This document shows positions 26,903 to 36,805 of a stretch of DNA of 64,000 bases, piece by piece (within the stretch, counting starts at the first letter, position 1; every line of letters begins with the position of its first letter). The stretch covers positions 36,445-100,444 of the forward strand of contig JAJYJK010000006.1 of NCBI GenBank assembly GCA_021789555.1, read 5' to 3'. The notes beneath the pieces were generated by a model. It searched no databases, was not told the origin of the DNA, and was given only the letters and a program-made list of their open reading frames with translations. The position numbers and the translations under genes are program-made. This stretch comes from Nitrospirota bacterium (GTDB lineage Bacteria; Nitrospirota; Thermodesulfovibrionia; Thermodesulfovibrionales; JdFR-88).

Positions 26903-27331
26903 ATGCAAAGGAGAGAGTTTCTTTCATGGCTTTTAAAATCTGCGGGCGTCGCGCTCGGTCTTGAGGGTCTGGCCGCCCTCCCCTACTTTTACCATTCCAG
27001 GAAAGAGGGGCCCCTGCGCTACATCATGGCGGCGGAAGAGGGAAAAATCCCCCGTCGCGGCGTAAGGCAGGTCGATTTTTCCGTCGCGGGCATGACGCGT
27101 AAAATCTTTATCGTAAGAGAAGAGAAAGAGCTTTTCGTCCTCTCCCCGACCTGCTCCCACCTGGGATGCCTGGTCAGCTGGAACTACCTGAAACAGGAAT
27201 TTGACTGCCCGTGCCACGGCGGCAGATACGACATCTCGGGCCGCGTCATCGGGGGCCCTCCGCCAAAACCCCTCACAAGGCTCCCGTATGAAATCAAAAA
27301 CGGCTCCCTTTATGTGGGCGTCAGGGCCTGA
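26903..27331 (+). CDS. Rieske [2Fe-2S] subunit of a cytochrome bc/b6f-type complex
   Basis: Tat-like RREFL N-terminus and the CSHLGC...CPCHGG Rieske boxes. Confidence 0.85.
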   Translation: MQRREFLSWLLKSAGVALGLEGLAALPYFYHSRKEGPLRYIMAAEEGKIPRRGVRQVDFSVAGMTRKIFIVREEKELFVLSPTCSHLGCLVSWNYLKQEFDCPCHGGRYDISGRVIGGPPPKPLTRLPYEIKNGSLYVGVRA

Positions 27332-27981
27332 TGATAGATTTCATCATAAGACTGCTGGACCGATGGTTCAAGCTAAGGGAACCGCATAGGAATTTTCTCT
27401 CCAGGGCGCTGCCCGAAAAGTTAAACCCCGCGTACTGCCTGGGCGGCATGGCGTTTACGGCCTTTCTGCTGTCGGCCGCGACGGGCCTTCTGCTTTCCAT
27501 CTATTACGTCCCGTCGGGAAAGGAAGCCTACCAGAGCATCGTCATGCTCCATAACAGGATATGGCTTGGGTGGCTGGTGCAAAGCGTGCATAAATGGTCG
27601 GCGAACCTTCTGATCGTCTTTACCCTTCTGCACGCGGCGAGGGTCTTCATACATAAGGCTTACAGGCCGCCGAGGGAGCTCAACTGGATGGCCGGGGCCC
27701 TGGGTTTCGTCCTTATAATGGTCTCCGGGTTCACGGGTTATCTGCTGCCGTGGGACCAGAGGGCCTACTGGGCGACGGTGGTGGGCACGGGGATGGCCGG
27801 CAAGACGCCGGGCGCGGGCGGATTTCTTGTGCGGCTGCTCCGTGGGGGGCCGGAAGTGGGCAGCGCAACCCTGCTTAGGTTCTACAGCCTGCATACGCTG
27901 TGGGTACCTTTCATGCTCCTTATGATCTTCTGGGCCCATTTCCACATGGTCAAAAGGCAGGGGATATCGGGTGGGATGTAG
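27331..27981 (+). CDS. cytochrome b (b6-like N-terminal half)
   Basis: Four-helix haem-binding half (SVHKWSANLLIVFTLLHAARVF..., GYLLPWDQRAYWAT). The start overlaps the Rieske stop. Confidence 0.85.
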   Translation: MIDFIIRLLDRWFKLREPHRNFLSRALPEKLNPAYCLGGMAFTAFLLSAATGLLLSIYYVPSGKEAYQSIVMLHNRIWLGWLVQSVHKWSANLLIVFTLLHAARVFIHKAYRPPRELNWMAGALGFVLIMVSGFTGYLLPWDQRAYWATVVGTGMAGKTPGAGGFLVRLLRGGPEVGSATLLRFYSLHTLWVPFMLLMIFWAHFHMVKRQGISGGM

Positions 27982-28359
27982 ATGATTGGAAACGGGAAAA
28001 AAAGTCTCTACCCCGACTACCTCCCCTATGTGGCCGCCGCCCTTCTGCTGGCGGTGGAGGCGATTTTGGCGATGGCCCTCCTCTTTCCGCCCTCTATCGG
28101 GCCGGCCATAGATTTGGCTTCACCCTACCAGCCCCGGCCGGAGTGGTATTTTCTGTGGCTCTATCAGCTTTTGCGGTATTTCCCCGGCAGGTCCGCCGTG
28201 CTGGGGACGGTCCTGATCCCCTTACTGTTCATCCTTGTCTTCATATTCATGCCCTATATCGACAGGGGGAAAAACGGAAGGAAAATTGCCGTATTGGCGG
28301 GGTCGGCCCTCTTTGCCGTCGTCGCCGCCCTCACGCTGATGGCGGTCTTTTTTACCTAG
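27982..28359 (+). CDS. cytochrome b C-terminal half (subunit IV-like)
   Basis: PEWYFLWLYQLLR motif. Immediately follows the b6-like gene. Confidence 0.75.
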   Translation: MIGNGKKSLYPDYLPYVAAALLLAVEAILAMALLFPPSIGPAIDLASPYQPRPEWYFLWLYQLLRYFPGRSAVLGTVLIPLLFILVFIFMPYIDRGKNGRKIAVLAGSALFAVVAALTLMAVFFT

Positions 28360-28542
28360 ATGCCTGGGATTTTTCAGGACCTGATTCAAGTTGTGTATTC
28401 CGGGGATTTCCTTTCATGGTCTCGGTTTTTCCCTATCCCGCTACCAAAATTTTCTCGAAAAGTGTAAAGTACTAGCGGAATTAAACAATAACAACAGTGC
28501 ATAGGGCAAAAAAACGTTTCCCTCATCCGGACCCGTGCAACT

Positions 28543-29070
28543 ATGAGAAATTTCCAAAAGGAATTTTCCAAGGAGGAGATAAAAAAGGTGCAGGATACAA
28601 AAGCCGTAATAGAGACCAAATTCGGCGACATCACTCTTAAATTCTTTCCCGAGGCGGCCCCCAACCATGTAAAGAATTTCATCGACTTGTCTAAAAAAGG
28701 ATTTTATGACGGAACGATATTCCACAGGGTGGTGCCGGGCTTTGTGATACAGGGAGGGGACCCGAATACCAAAGGGCCGGACCGCTCGACATACGGCATG
28801 GGCGGTCCGGGATACACGCTGAAAGCCGAGTTCAACTCAAAGCCCCATAAGCGGGGGACACTCTCCATGGCGCGATCCAGCGATCCCGACAGCGCCGGCT
28901 CGCAGTTTTTCATAACCGTGGCCGACGTGCCCTTTCTCGATAACCAGTACACGGTCTTCGGGGAGGTGGTGTCCGGCATGGACGTGGCGGACAAGATTGT
29001 AAACCTGCCCAGGGACGCGGCCGATGACCCGAAGGAACGGGTAGAAATGGGAGTGAAAATCATAGAGTGA
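28543..29070 (+). CDS. ppiB: peptidyl-prolyl cis-trans isomerase (cyclophilin type)
   Basis: FHRVVPGFVIQGGDP and GTLSMARSSDPDSAGSQFFI motifs. Confidence 0.9.
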   Translation: MRNFQKEFSKEEIKKVQDTKAVIETKFGDITLKFFPEAAPNHVKNFIDLSKKGFYDGTIFHRVVPGFVIQGGDPNTKGPDRSTYGMGGPGYTLKAEFNSKPHKRGTLSMARSSDPDSAGSQFFITVADVPFLDNQYTVFGEVVSGMDVADKIVNLPRDAADDPKERVEMGVKIIE

Positions 29071-29088
29071 AAATCATTTTTTAAAATA

Positions 29089-29115
29089 GGGACAGCCTCT
29101 GTGTCCCCATTTTTC
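29089..29115 (+). terminator. putative rho-independent terminator after ppiB
   Basis: GGGACA-gcctctg-TGTCCC stem-loop followed by CATTTTTC. Confidence 0.45.
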
Positions 29116-29143
29116 ATTAATTTTTTAAATGAGGAGGTGACTG

Positions 29144-29641
29144 ATGGCTGACGAGCATTCTTTCGATATCGTATGCGAGGTGGATAAGCAGGAAGTAACC
29201 AATGCCGTGGCCCAGGCGGTGAAGGAGATCGGCCAGAGATTTGATTTCAAGGGCAGCAAGAGCTCCATAGAGTTTGATAAAGGGAAGGGTGCTATTACAC
29301 TTTTGTCTGACGATGAGCAGAAGATGAAGAGTGTTGTTGATATCCTCCAGACAAAATTGGTGAAACGCGGGATTGCACTCAAGGCGCTCAGTTACGGCAA
29401 ACTTGAACGGGCGGCTGGAGATACGGTGAGACAGGTGATTACGCTTCAGCAGGGCATCCCCCAGGAAAAAGCAAAGGAAATCGTCAAGATCATCAAGGAT
29501 ATGAAGCTTAAAGTAAGTGCCGAAATTCAGAAAGACCAGGTGCGCGTCAGGGCAAAGAAGATAGATGATTTGCAGGCCATAATGGCACATTTCAAGGAAA
29601 AAGATCTGGGCATTCACCTGCAATTTTCAAATTACCGTTGA
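29144..29641 (+). CDS. yajQ: YajQ family nucleotide-binding protein (UPF0234)
   Basis: SFDIVCEVDKQEVTNAVAQAVKEIGQRFDFKG is the typical YajQ N-terminus. 165 aa. Confidence 0.85.
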   Translation: MADEHSFDIVCEVDKQEVTNAVAQAVKEIGQRFDFKGSKSSIEFDKGKGAITLLSDDEQKMKSVVDILQTKLVKRGIALKALSYGKLERAAGDTVRQVITLQQGIPQEKAKEIVKIIKDMKLKVSAEIQKDQVRVRAKKIDDLQAIMAHFKEKDLGIHLQFSNYR

Positions 29642-29724
29642 GCGCAGTTTGGCAGGGATAATGGGTCAGTCTGGAAACAGGAATCGCGGGGAGGCTTTTT
29701 CAGGGGCCGGGGGTATGGTGTTTC

Positions 29725-31068
29725 TTATCTGAAATTGGGGATGCCGGGCATGCGGAATTTGCCGCCCTTGAACATCCGGAGCATCTTTTTCATCTCGACG
29801 TACTGCTTTACGACTCGGTTTACGTCCGAAACGGTAGTGCCGCTGCCGATGGCGATGCGCCTGCGGCGGCTGCCGTTCAGGAGGTTGTGGTTTTTGCGTT
29901 CCGCCTTCGTCATGGAGTCGATTATCGCCTCCACCTTCACGAACTCGCTCTCGTCGACCTTCACGTTTTTAAGCTTGCCCTTCATGCCGGGTATCATGTT
30001 GAGAAGGTTTTCAACGGGGCCCATGCTGCGGACTTTCCTGAGCTGGTCCCTGAGGTCCTCGAAGGAAAAACTCTCCGTCAGTATCTTCTTGCCGAGCCTT
30101 TCGGCCTCGGCCGCATTGTAGGCGCTCTGGGTCTTCTCTATCAGGCTTAGCACATCGCCCATGCCAAGCACCCTGGAGGCGATCCTTTCGGGATGGAAGG
30201 ACTCGAGCATGTCCAGCTTCTCGCCGGTCCCGATGTATTTTATCGGCTTGCCGGTGACGGATTTTATGGAAAGCGCCGCGCCCCCTCTGGCGTCTCCGTC
30301 CATCTTCGTGAGGACAACCCCCTCGACCCCTATCTCCTCGTTGAATGTGCGGGCTATATTTACCGCCTCCTGTCCAGTCATGGCGTCCGCCACAAGGAGG
30401 GTCTCGCTGGGCCGGGCGCTGTCCTTCATCTCCTTAAGCTCGGCCATGAGGGCCTGGTCTATATGGAGCCTGCCCGCGGTATCGAGGATAACGATGTCCC
30501 TGCCCTCGAGGCGCGCCCTTTTGACGGCGTCAGCCGCGAGGGCGGCAGCCCCGGAGGAGCCTTGATAGCCGGGCTCGCGGTTCGAGTGGACGGGCACGTC
30601 TATCTGGCCGCCGAGGGTTATGAGCTGGTCGATGGCGGCCGGTCTTTGCAAATCGGCGGCCACGAGCATCGGCCTCCTGCCTTCGCGCTTGAAGAGGCCG
30701 GCCAGTTTCGCCGAGGTCGTCGTCTTGCCCGAGCCCTGAAGCCCTATCATCATTATGACGGTGGGTGGGTTCGGCGCAAGCTTTATCCTGTTTTCAGATT
30801 GAGAGCCCCCGAGGAGTTCACAGAGCTCCGCGTGGACTATCTTTACCACCTGCTGGCCGGGGGTCAGGCTCTCCAGGACCTCTTTGCCCGTGGCCTTCTC
30901 TTTCACGCTCTGTATGAAGTCCTTTACCACGCGGAAATTTACGTCGGCTTCGAGAAGGGCTACCCTCACCTCTTTCAGGGCAAGCTCTATGTCCTCTTCC
31001 TTCAGGAGCCCCCTGCCCTTCAGTTTCCTGAATATGCCTTCCAGTCTTTCGCCCAGGCTCTCCAGCAT
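29725..31068 (-). CDS. ffh: signal recognition particle protein Ffh
   Basis: N domain, G domain (GLQGSGKTTT, DTAGR, TKMDGDARGG) and a Met-rich M domain. Confidence 0.95.
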   Translation of the reverse strand: MLESLGERLEGIFRKLKGRGLLKEEDIELALKEVRVALLEADVNFRVVKDFIQSVKEKATGKEVLESLTPGQQVVKIVHAELCELLGGSQSENRIKLAPNPPTVIMMIGLQGSGKTTTSAKLAGLFKREGRRPMLVAADLQRPAAIDQLITLGGQIDVPVHSNREPGYQGSSGAAALAADAVKRARLEGRDIVILDTAGRLHIDQALMAELKEMKDSARPSETLLVADAMTGQEAVNIARTFNEEIGVEGVVLTKMDGDARGGAALSIKSVTGKPIKYIGTGEKLDMLESFHPERIASRVLGMGDVLSLIEKTQSAYNAAEAERLGKKILTESFSFEDLRDQLRKVRSMGPVENLLNMIPGMKGKLKNVKVDESEFVKVEAIIDSMTKAERKNHNLLNGSRRRRIAIGSGTTVSDVNRVVKQYVEMKKMLRMFKGGKFRMPGIPNFR

Positions 31069-31094
31069 GCTATTTCACCCGATTCTGCGGCATC

Positions 31095-31607
31095 TTATTT
31101 TAAAAGCCCCTCTATCTCGTTTGAAAACTCGTCGAATTCGTCGGCGCTGAACCCCAGATGATGGTCCCTTATGACGCCGTTTTTATCTATGATAAACACA
31201 TTTGGTATGCTCTGCACGTTGTAGGAGTCGGCAACGTTTTTATTGTCCCAGAGGAGCGTGTAGAGGACTTTGTGGCTCTTCATGAATTCCATTATGTCCT
31301 TCTGGCCGTCGTCGATCGAGACGCCCAGCATCTCGACCCCTCTGCCATTGTAACGCTCGTATATCCTGTTTAACACGGGTATCGAGGCCCGGCAGGGGGG
31401 GCACCACGTGGCCCAAAAATCAAGCACCACCACCTTGCCGCGAAGCGAGGAGAGGCTGTGAGGATTGCCGTTAATGTCTGTAAGGACGAAAGCCGGCGCG
31501 CTGGCGCCAACGCCTATGCGGGACGCCTTCCGCTGGCAGCCGGACAGGCAGACCGCCGCGGCAAGGACGAATATTGCAAGCGCTCTGAAAGAGTAAAAAC
31601 CCTTCAT
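31095..31607 (-). CDS. TlpA/ResA-like periplasmic thiol:disulfide oxidoreductase (lipoprotein)
   Basis: Signal peptide plus lipobox (CLSGC) and the WATWCPPC active site. Confidence 0.8.
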   Translation of the reverse strand: MKGFYSFRALAIFVLAAAVCLSGCQRKASRIGVGASAPAFVLTDINGNPHSLSSLRGKVVVLDFWATWCPPCRASIPVLNRIYERYNGRGVEMLGVSIDDGQKDIMEFMKSHKVLYTLLWDNKNVADSYNVQSIPNVFIIDKNGVIRDHHLGFSADEFDEFSNEIEGLLK

Positions 31608-31644
31608 CCGCAGAAAAGCTGTAAAACCAGAAGGAGGCGTAATT

Positions 31645-31977
31645 TCACTTGGCCAGGAGCGCGTCTATCTTGGCCTTCAACTGGGGTTTCGGGACCGCGC
31701 CCACTATCTGGTCCACCTTCTCGCCGCCCTTGAAGAATATAAGGGTCGGTATGCCCATTATCTTGTACTTGCTCGCAACGTCCGGGTTTTCATCCGTATT
31801 GAGCTTGGCGACCTTCAGCTTGCCCGCATACTCGCCTGCAAGTTCCTCAACCGTCGGGGCGATGATGCGGCAGGGGCCGCACCACGCAGCCCAGAAATCC
31901 ACCATGACAAGACCGTCCGATTTGAGCACTTCACTGTCCCACGTGGCTGAAGTAACGGCCACTATTGCCTCCGCCAT
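31645..31977 (-). CDS. trxA: thioredoxin
   Basis: WAAWCGPC active site. 110 aa. Confidence 0.9.
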   Translation of the reverse strand: MAEAIVAVTSATWDSEVLKSDGLVMVDFWAAWCGPCRIIAPTVEELAGEYAGKLKVAKLNTDENPDVASKYKIMGIPTLIFFKGGEKVDQIVGAVPKPQLKAKIDALLAK

Positions 31978-32103
31978 TGAAGATTCCTCCTCTATAGTTA
32001 CTTTTTTTTGAGAATAATCCAGCGAGCGTGTTTAGTATATTATAATAGAAATCCTGATAATAATTAAAGTTTAAAAAACGGGATATTTTCAAAAGGAGGA
32101 CCG

Positions 32104-33804
32104 ATGCGATTCTCAAGGATGCTCATCCCGACGGTCAGGGAGACGCCCTCCGAGGCCACGGCCGAAAGCCACAAGCTCATGCAGAGGGCGGGCTATGTAA
32201 GGCAGCTCGCGGCGGGACTTTACATATATCTGCCGCTTGGCTGGAGGGTCATCTCCAGGATAAACCGCATCCTGCGGCAGGAGATGGACGCCATCGGGGC
32301 GCAGGAGGTCTCGATGCCTGTTCTACAGCCGGCCGAGCAGTGGCAGCAGAGCGGCAGGTGGTACGACATTAAGGAGGAGATGTTCAGGCTGAAAGACAGG
32401 GGCGGCCGCGACATGTGTCTGGGCATGACCCACGAGGAGATGATGACCTGGCTTGCCTCCAGGGAGATACGCTCCTACAGGCAGCTGCCCCAGATATGGT
32501 ATCAGATACAGACCAAGCTCCGGGACGAGCCCCGGCCCAAAAGCGGCATCCTCCGCACGAGGGAGTTTTTGATGAAGGACAGCTACAGCTTCGACGCCTC
32601 GGTGGAGGGCCTCAGAGAGAGTTATAAACTCCACGAGGACGCATATCACAGGATATTCACCCGCTGCGGGCTTAAATTCCACCAGGTGGAGTCCGACACC
32701 GGCATGATGGGGGGCGCCGTGGCGCACGAGTTCATGGCGCCAAGCCCCTCGGGCGAAGACGATATCGTTTTGTGCGCGGCATGCGGCTATCAGGCCAACG
32801 TGGAGGTCGCGGGTTCCGTGCCGTCTGCCGCCCGCTACGGCGAAGACGCGCCTCTTGAAGACGTCCATACGCCCGAGAAAAGGACGGTCGAGGAAGTAAG
32901 CCGGTTTCTAAAGGAGCCCCCGGAGCGCTTCATAAAAAGCATCCTCCTCCTAGCGGGAGAAGGACCGGTGCTGGCCCTTCTCCGGGGTGACCAGCAGCTC
33001 CATGAAAAAAAGCTCCAGCGCCTGATAGGCCCTTTCCGGGCCGCCGGAAAACCGGAGGTCAAGGACGTCCTGGGCGTGGAGGCCGGTTTCATCGGCCCGA
33101 TGGACCACGAGGACATTCACATAAAGATCATCGCGGACCCCGTTTTGAAGACCGGCAGCTACATAACGGGCGCAAACAAGCCTCACTACCACAAGCGGGG
33201 CGTAAGGGCGCAAGTCCATTTCCAGGCGGCCTGGCATGATATCCACGTGGCGGCCGCGGGCGATGGGTGCCCCCGCTGCGGCGCGCCCCTGGCGATCGAA
33301 AAGGCGATCGAGATAGCAAATATCTTCCAGTTGGGCACGAAGTACTCGGCGGCCCTGAACGCCGTCTTCCTTAATGAATCCGGCGCCGAAGAGCCCATCA
33401 TAATGGGCAGCTACGGCATAGGCCCGGCGAGGATCGCAGCCGCCGCCATAGAGCAAAACCACGACAGAGACGGCATCATCTGGCCGGAGGCCATCGCGCC
33501 CTTCGACGTGGAGATCGTGCCGCTTGGCGCGGGGGACAGCCCCGAGGTCGAATCCGCAGCCTGGGACCTTTACAGGGAGCTGGACAAAAACGGGATTGAG
33601 GCGATCATCGACGACCGCGACCTCCGGGCGGGGGTGAAACTCAAAGACGCCGACCTGATTGGAATCCCGAAGCAGATAATCGTCGGGCAGCGGAACCTCA
33701 ATGAAGGTCTTGTCGAGCTCAAGGGCAGGCGCACCAAGGAATGTTTGCGCATTAGGCCTGGTGAGGCGCTGGATGCCCTGCGGGCCGGCAAGGAGATTGA
33801 TTAG
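32104..33804 (+). CDS. proS: proline--tRNA ligase
   Basis: Class II motifs (RDEPRPKSGILRTREFLMKDSYSF; GSYGIGPARI), an INS editing domain and an anticodon-binding C-terminus. Confidence 0.95.
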   Translation: MRFSRMLIPTVRETPSEATAESHKLMQRAGYVRQLAAGLYIYLPLGWRVISRINRILRQEMDAIGAQEVSMPVLQPAEQWQQSGRWYDIKEEMFRLKDRGGRDMCLGMTHEEMMTWLASREIRSYRQLPQIWYQIQTKLRDEPRPKSGILRTREFLMKDSYSFDASVEGLRESYKLHEDAYHRIFTRCGLKFHQVESDTGMMGGAVAHEFMAPSPSGEDDIVLCAACGYQANVEVAGSVPSAARYGEDAPLEDVHTPEKRTVEEVSRFLKEPPERFIKSILLLAGEGPVLALLRGDQQLHEKKLQRLIGPFRAAGKPEVKDVLGVEAGFIGPMDHEDIHIKIIADPVLKTGSYITGANKPHYHKRGVRAQVHFQAAWHDIHVAAAGDGCPRCGAPLAIEKAIEIANIFQLGTKYSAALNAVFLNESGAEEPIIMGSYGIGPARIAAAAIEQNHDRDGIIWPEAIAPFDVEIVPLGAGDSPEVESAAWDLYRELDKNGIEAIIDDRDLRAGVKLKDADLIGIPKQIIVGQRNLNEGLVELKGRRTKECLRIRPGEALDALRAGKEID

Positions 33805-33809
33805 GGGAC

Positions 33810-35267
33810 ATGGAAAAAGCCGATTACATCCTGAAGGCCGAATACGTTGTTACGATGGATCCACATAGCGGCGGCAAGACGGGGGATCCACATAGCGGCG
33901 GCAAGACGGGATATCCACATAGCGGCGGCAAGACGGGATATCCGGACAGAGGCGAAAAGACTTGGGATGGGGCCGGTGAGGCCGTCATAAGTGACGGGGC
34001 CGTTGCCGTAAGAGACGGAACAATAGCGGGTGTGGGCCCCCGAAGCGATATCGAAAAAAAATTCGAGGTCTCAAAAAAACAAGACGCAATCGGCGGTGAC
34101 GGGCGGCGGAAAGCCCTCATGCCCGGGTTCATAAACACCCATACCCACGCCCCGATGGTCTACTTAAGGGGGATAGCCGACGACCTGCCGCTAAAGCGTT
34201 GGCTTGAAGAGCACATCTGGCCTATAGAGAGCAAATGGCTCGGCCCGGAGTTCATAAACGACGCAACCGAGCTGGCCTGCCTTGAGATGCTAAAGGCCGG
34301 CATCACCACCTTCAATGACATGTATTTCTTTGAAAAAGATGCCGCCCGGGCCATTGCCAGGCTCGGCATAAGGGCGGTGCTCGGGGCCGGCATCCTGGAT
34401 TTCCCCACCGCGGTGGCTAAAAACACGGATGAGTATTTCGAGCGCGCCGAAGAATTCATAGGCGAGTTTCTTGACGGGGAGCTCATAACGCCGAGCATCG
34501 CGCCCCATGCCCTTTACACCTGCGGGCCGGAAGGGCAGAAAAGGGCCGCAGCGATGTCCGAAAAATACAATATCCCGCTTCACATGCACCTTTCGGAGAC
34601 GAAGTGGGAGACCGGGGAGATAGAAAAACGCTACGGTCAGAGGCCTGTAAAATTCCTGGACTCCCTCGGAGTGCTTTCAAGCCGCATGATAGCGGCCCAC
34701 TGCGTCTGGCTCGACGACGAGGAAATTGAAATCCTGGCGGAAAGGCAAGTGGGTGTTGCGCACTGCGCGGAGAGCAATCTGAAGCTCGCCTCGGGGTTCG
34801 CCCCCGCGGCAAAGATGATCCGGGCCGGCATAAGGGTCACCCTTGGGACGGACGGGGCCGCAAGCAACAACGATTTGAATATTATTGGAGAGATGAGCAC
34901 GGCCTCGAAACTCCAAAAAGCCGTCTCCGGGGACCCCACGGCCCTCGACGCCAGGACCGTCGTCAGGATGGCGACCAGATGGGGCGCGGAGGCGCTCGGC
35001 CTGGGCGGCAAGACGGGCTCCATCAAAAAGGGCAAGGCAGCCGACCTGATAATGCTCGATCTGGACAAACCCCACCTCACCCCCATGTACAACATCTACT
35101 CCCACCTGGTCAATTCGGCAAGGCCGTCGGATGTCCAACATGTAATGGTTGCCGGGAAGCTCGTGGTGGAAGACGGCCGGCTTACGACCGCCGACGAGCG
35201 GGAGATACTGGAAAAGGCCAGAAGGTGGGGGGAAAAGATAGGAGGGGCGGGAAATAAAGGGGTGTGA
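33810..35267 (+). CDS. mtaD: 5-methylthioadenosine/S-adenosylhomocysteine deaminase (amidohydrolase)
   Basis: FINTHTHAPM metal site, HMHLSET and LGTDGAASNN motifs. A repeat insertion lies near the N-terminus. Confidence 0.8.
   Translation: MEKADYILKAEYVVTMDPHSGGKTGDPHSGGKTGYPHSGGKTGYPDRGEKTWDGAGEAVISDGAVAVRDGTIAGVGPRSDIEKKFEVSKKQDAIGGDGRRKALMPGFINTHTHAPMVYLRGIADDLPLKRWLEEHIWPIESKWLGPEFINDATELACLEMLKAGITTFNDMYFFEKDAARAIARLGIRAVLGAGILDFPTAVAKNTDEYFERAEEFIGEFLDGELITPSIAPHALYTCGPEGQKRAAAMSEKYNIPLHMHLSETKWETGEIEKRYGQRPVKFLDSLGVLSSRMIAAHCVWLDDEEIEILAERQVGVAHCAESNLKLASGFAPAAKMIRAGIRVTLGTDGAASNNDLNIIGEMSTASKLQKAVSGDPTALDARTVVRMATRWGAEALGLGGKTGSIKKGKAADLIMLDLDKPHLTPMYNIYSHLVNSARPSDVQHVMVAGKLVVEDGRLTTADEREILEKARRWGEKIGGAGNKGV
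33858..33965 (+). repeat. 27-nt in-frame tandem repeat (3 near-perfect units plus 1 degenerate) inside mtaD
   Basis: The unit gatccacatagcggcggcaagacgggg occurs at 33858, 33885 and 33912, with a degenerate unit at 33939. It encodes (D/Y)PHSGGKTG x3. Confidence 0.9.
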
Positions 35268-35284
35268 ACTCTTTTACTCCTCGC

Positions 35285-35635
35285 CTACTTATCCTCTTCC
35301 ATATCTATATGGAACCTGTGCAGGAAGCGGTGATAAACGGGCGCGAAGAGCACGCCTATAAAGGTCAGGAACGCCACTCCGCTAAAGAGGGCGTATAAGG
35401 CGGCAAAGAGTTTTCCGCCGCTTGTTTCCAGGTGGTCCACCGGACCCATCCCGGTCAGGATCATCGAAGCGTTTAGAAAGGCGTCGATGAGGGCCAGTTT
35501 CCCGAAGTAATGATACCCCGCCGTCCCCACTCCAATCGACAATATCAATATGACCATTGAGAAGGCCAGGTATTCCAGCTGCCTTCGAATGAATTCGCCC
35601 CGGCTTGCCAGGGGTTTTTTATGGTGCTCGAACAT
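35285..35635 (-). CDS. small two-TM ion-channel-like membrane protein
   Basis: TM1, a pore-helix-like segment with LTGMGP (in place of the K+ channel TVGYG), then TM2. 116 aa. The family assignment is tentative. Confidence 0.4.
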   Translation of the reverse strand: MFEHHKKPLASRGEFIRRQLEYLAFSMVILILSIGVGTAGYHYFGKLALIDAFLNASMILTGMGPVDHLETSGGKLFAALYALFSGVAFLTFIGVLFAPVYHRFLHRFHIDMEEDK

Positions 35636-35771
35636 TACCGTGGCGGCGGAACAAAATTAAACGCGTTCACTCTGTAACTTCGCTCCGATCCTGGTTTATT
35701 GTCGTTTGCGGGGCGTTGGGGCGCCAGCCCCAACGGAAGAAAAAAACAGGGAGGGCGGGTGGGCTCCATAT

Positions 35772-36368
35772 CTACTCGATTGCCCTTCTTCCTTCGAGCG
35801 ATTTTTTCATCGTGATCTCGTCGGCGAATTCGATGTCTCCGCCAAGCGGCAGCCCGTAGGCGATCCTCGTGACGGCGACGTCAAGGGGGCCAAGGGCCTC
35901 CTTGATGTGCCTCGCGGTAAGCTCCCCTTTCGTGTTGGGGTTTGTGGCTATCACGACTTCCTCGACGCCGCCCCCGCGCACCCGCTCCACCAGTTCTTTG
36001 ATTCTCAGCATCTCCGGGGTTATGCCGTCGATGGGCGACAGCGCGCCCATGAGCACATGGTACAGGCCGTTAAAGCCGCCCGAGCGCTCCACAACCAGTA
36101 TGTTGCTGGGCTCCTCGACGACGCAAATTCTCCTTTTGTCCCTGAGGGAGTCCCGGCAGATGCCGCAAAACTCCGAGTCCGTAATGTTGAAGCAGACACG
36201 GCAGAACCTTGCCTTCCGCTTGAGGTCCGCCACCGCCCCGGCAAGGGCGGATGCGTCCTCATCCTTCATATTGAGGATAAAGAAGGCGAGCCTCTGGGCG
36301 GTCTTTCTTCCGATGCCGGGGAGTTTCGAGAGCTGTTCTATCAGGTTTTCGATGACGCCTTGAGACAT
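35772..36368 (-). CDS. recR: recombination protein RecR
   Basis: HhH N-terminus (LSKLPGIGRKTAQRLAF), a C4 zinc finger (CRVCFNITDSEFCGIC) and a Toprim domain. Confidence 0.9.
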   Translation of the reverse strand: MSQGVIENLIEQLSKLPGIGRKTAQRLAFFILNMKDEDASALAGAVADLKRKARFCRVCFNITDSEFCGICRDSLRDKRRICVVEEPSNILVVERSGGFNGLYHVLMGALSPIDGITPEMLRIKELVERVRGGGVEEVVIATNPNTKGELTARHIKEALGPLDVAVTRIAYGLPLGGDIEFADEITMKKSLEGRRAIE

Positions 36369-36391
36369 TTTTAAAAAATCCCGTTTTCCCG

Positions 36392-36733
36392 TCAGGCCCC
36401 GAACATTCCGCCCAGGCCGCCCAGGCCCGGGATGTTCAGACCGCCCGCAAGCCTCGACATCTCCTGGCTGACCGCCTCCTTGGCGCGCCTGAGGGCCTCG
36501 TTCGAGGCCGCCAGCACGAGGTCTTCGAGCATCTCGACGTCCTCCGGGTTGACCACGTCCTTCTCGATCTTTATGGAGACTATCTCTCCCGCCCCGTTTG
36601 CCTTCACCGTGACCATGCCTCCGCCGGAGGTGGCTTCGACAACCTTGTTCTTGGCCTCTTCCTGAAGCCTCTGCATCTCGGCCTGGAGTTTCTGGGCCTC
36701 CCTGAGCATGTTTCCAAGCATCTTCTTTGACAT
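36392..36733 (-). CDS. ybaB: nucleoid-associated protein YbaB/EbfC
   Basis: MLREAQKLQAEMQRLQEE...GGGMVTVKANG. Conserved dnaX-ybaB-recR order. Confidence 0.9.
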   Translation of the reverse strand: MSKKMLGNMLREAQKLQAEMQRLQEEAKNKVVEATSGGGMVTVKANGAGEIVSIKIEKDVVNPEDVEMLEDLVLAASNEALRRAKEAVSQEMSRLAGGLNIPGLGGLGGMFGA

Positions 36734-36805
36734 TGTTTATGCTCCTCCGTTGAAGATTCCCGCGGACTCGCCTCCGGGAATCTTAATGCAATGAATTTTT
36801 ATTTT

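Noticed and set aside
33858-33965. Possible CRISPR-like or minisatellite array (27-nt direct repeats)
   Set aside because: The repeats are directly adjacent with no spacers. They are in frame inside mtaD and translate to a repeated nonapeptide. This is a coding tandem repeat, not a CRISPR array.
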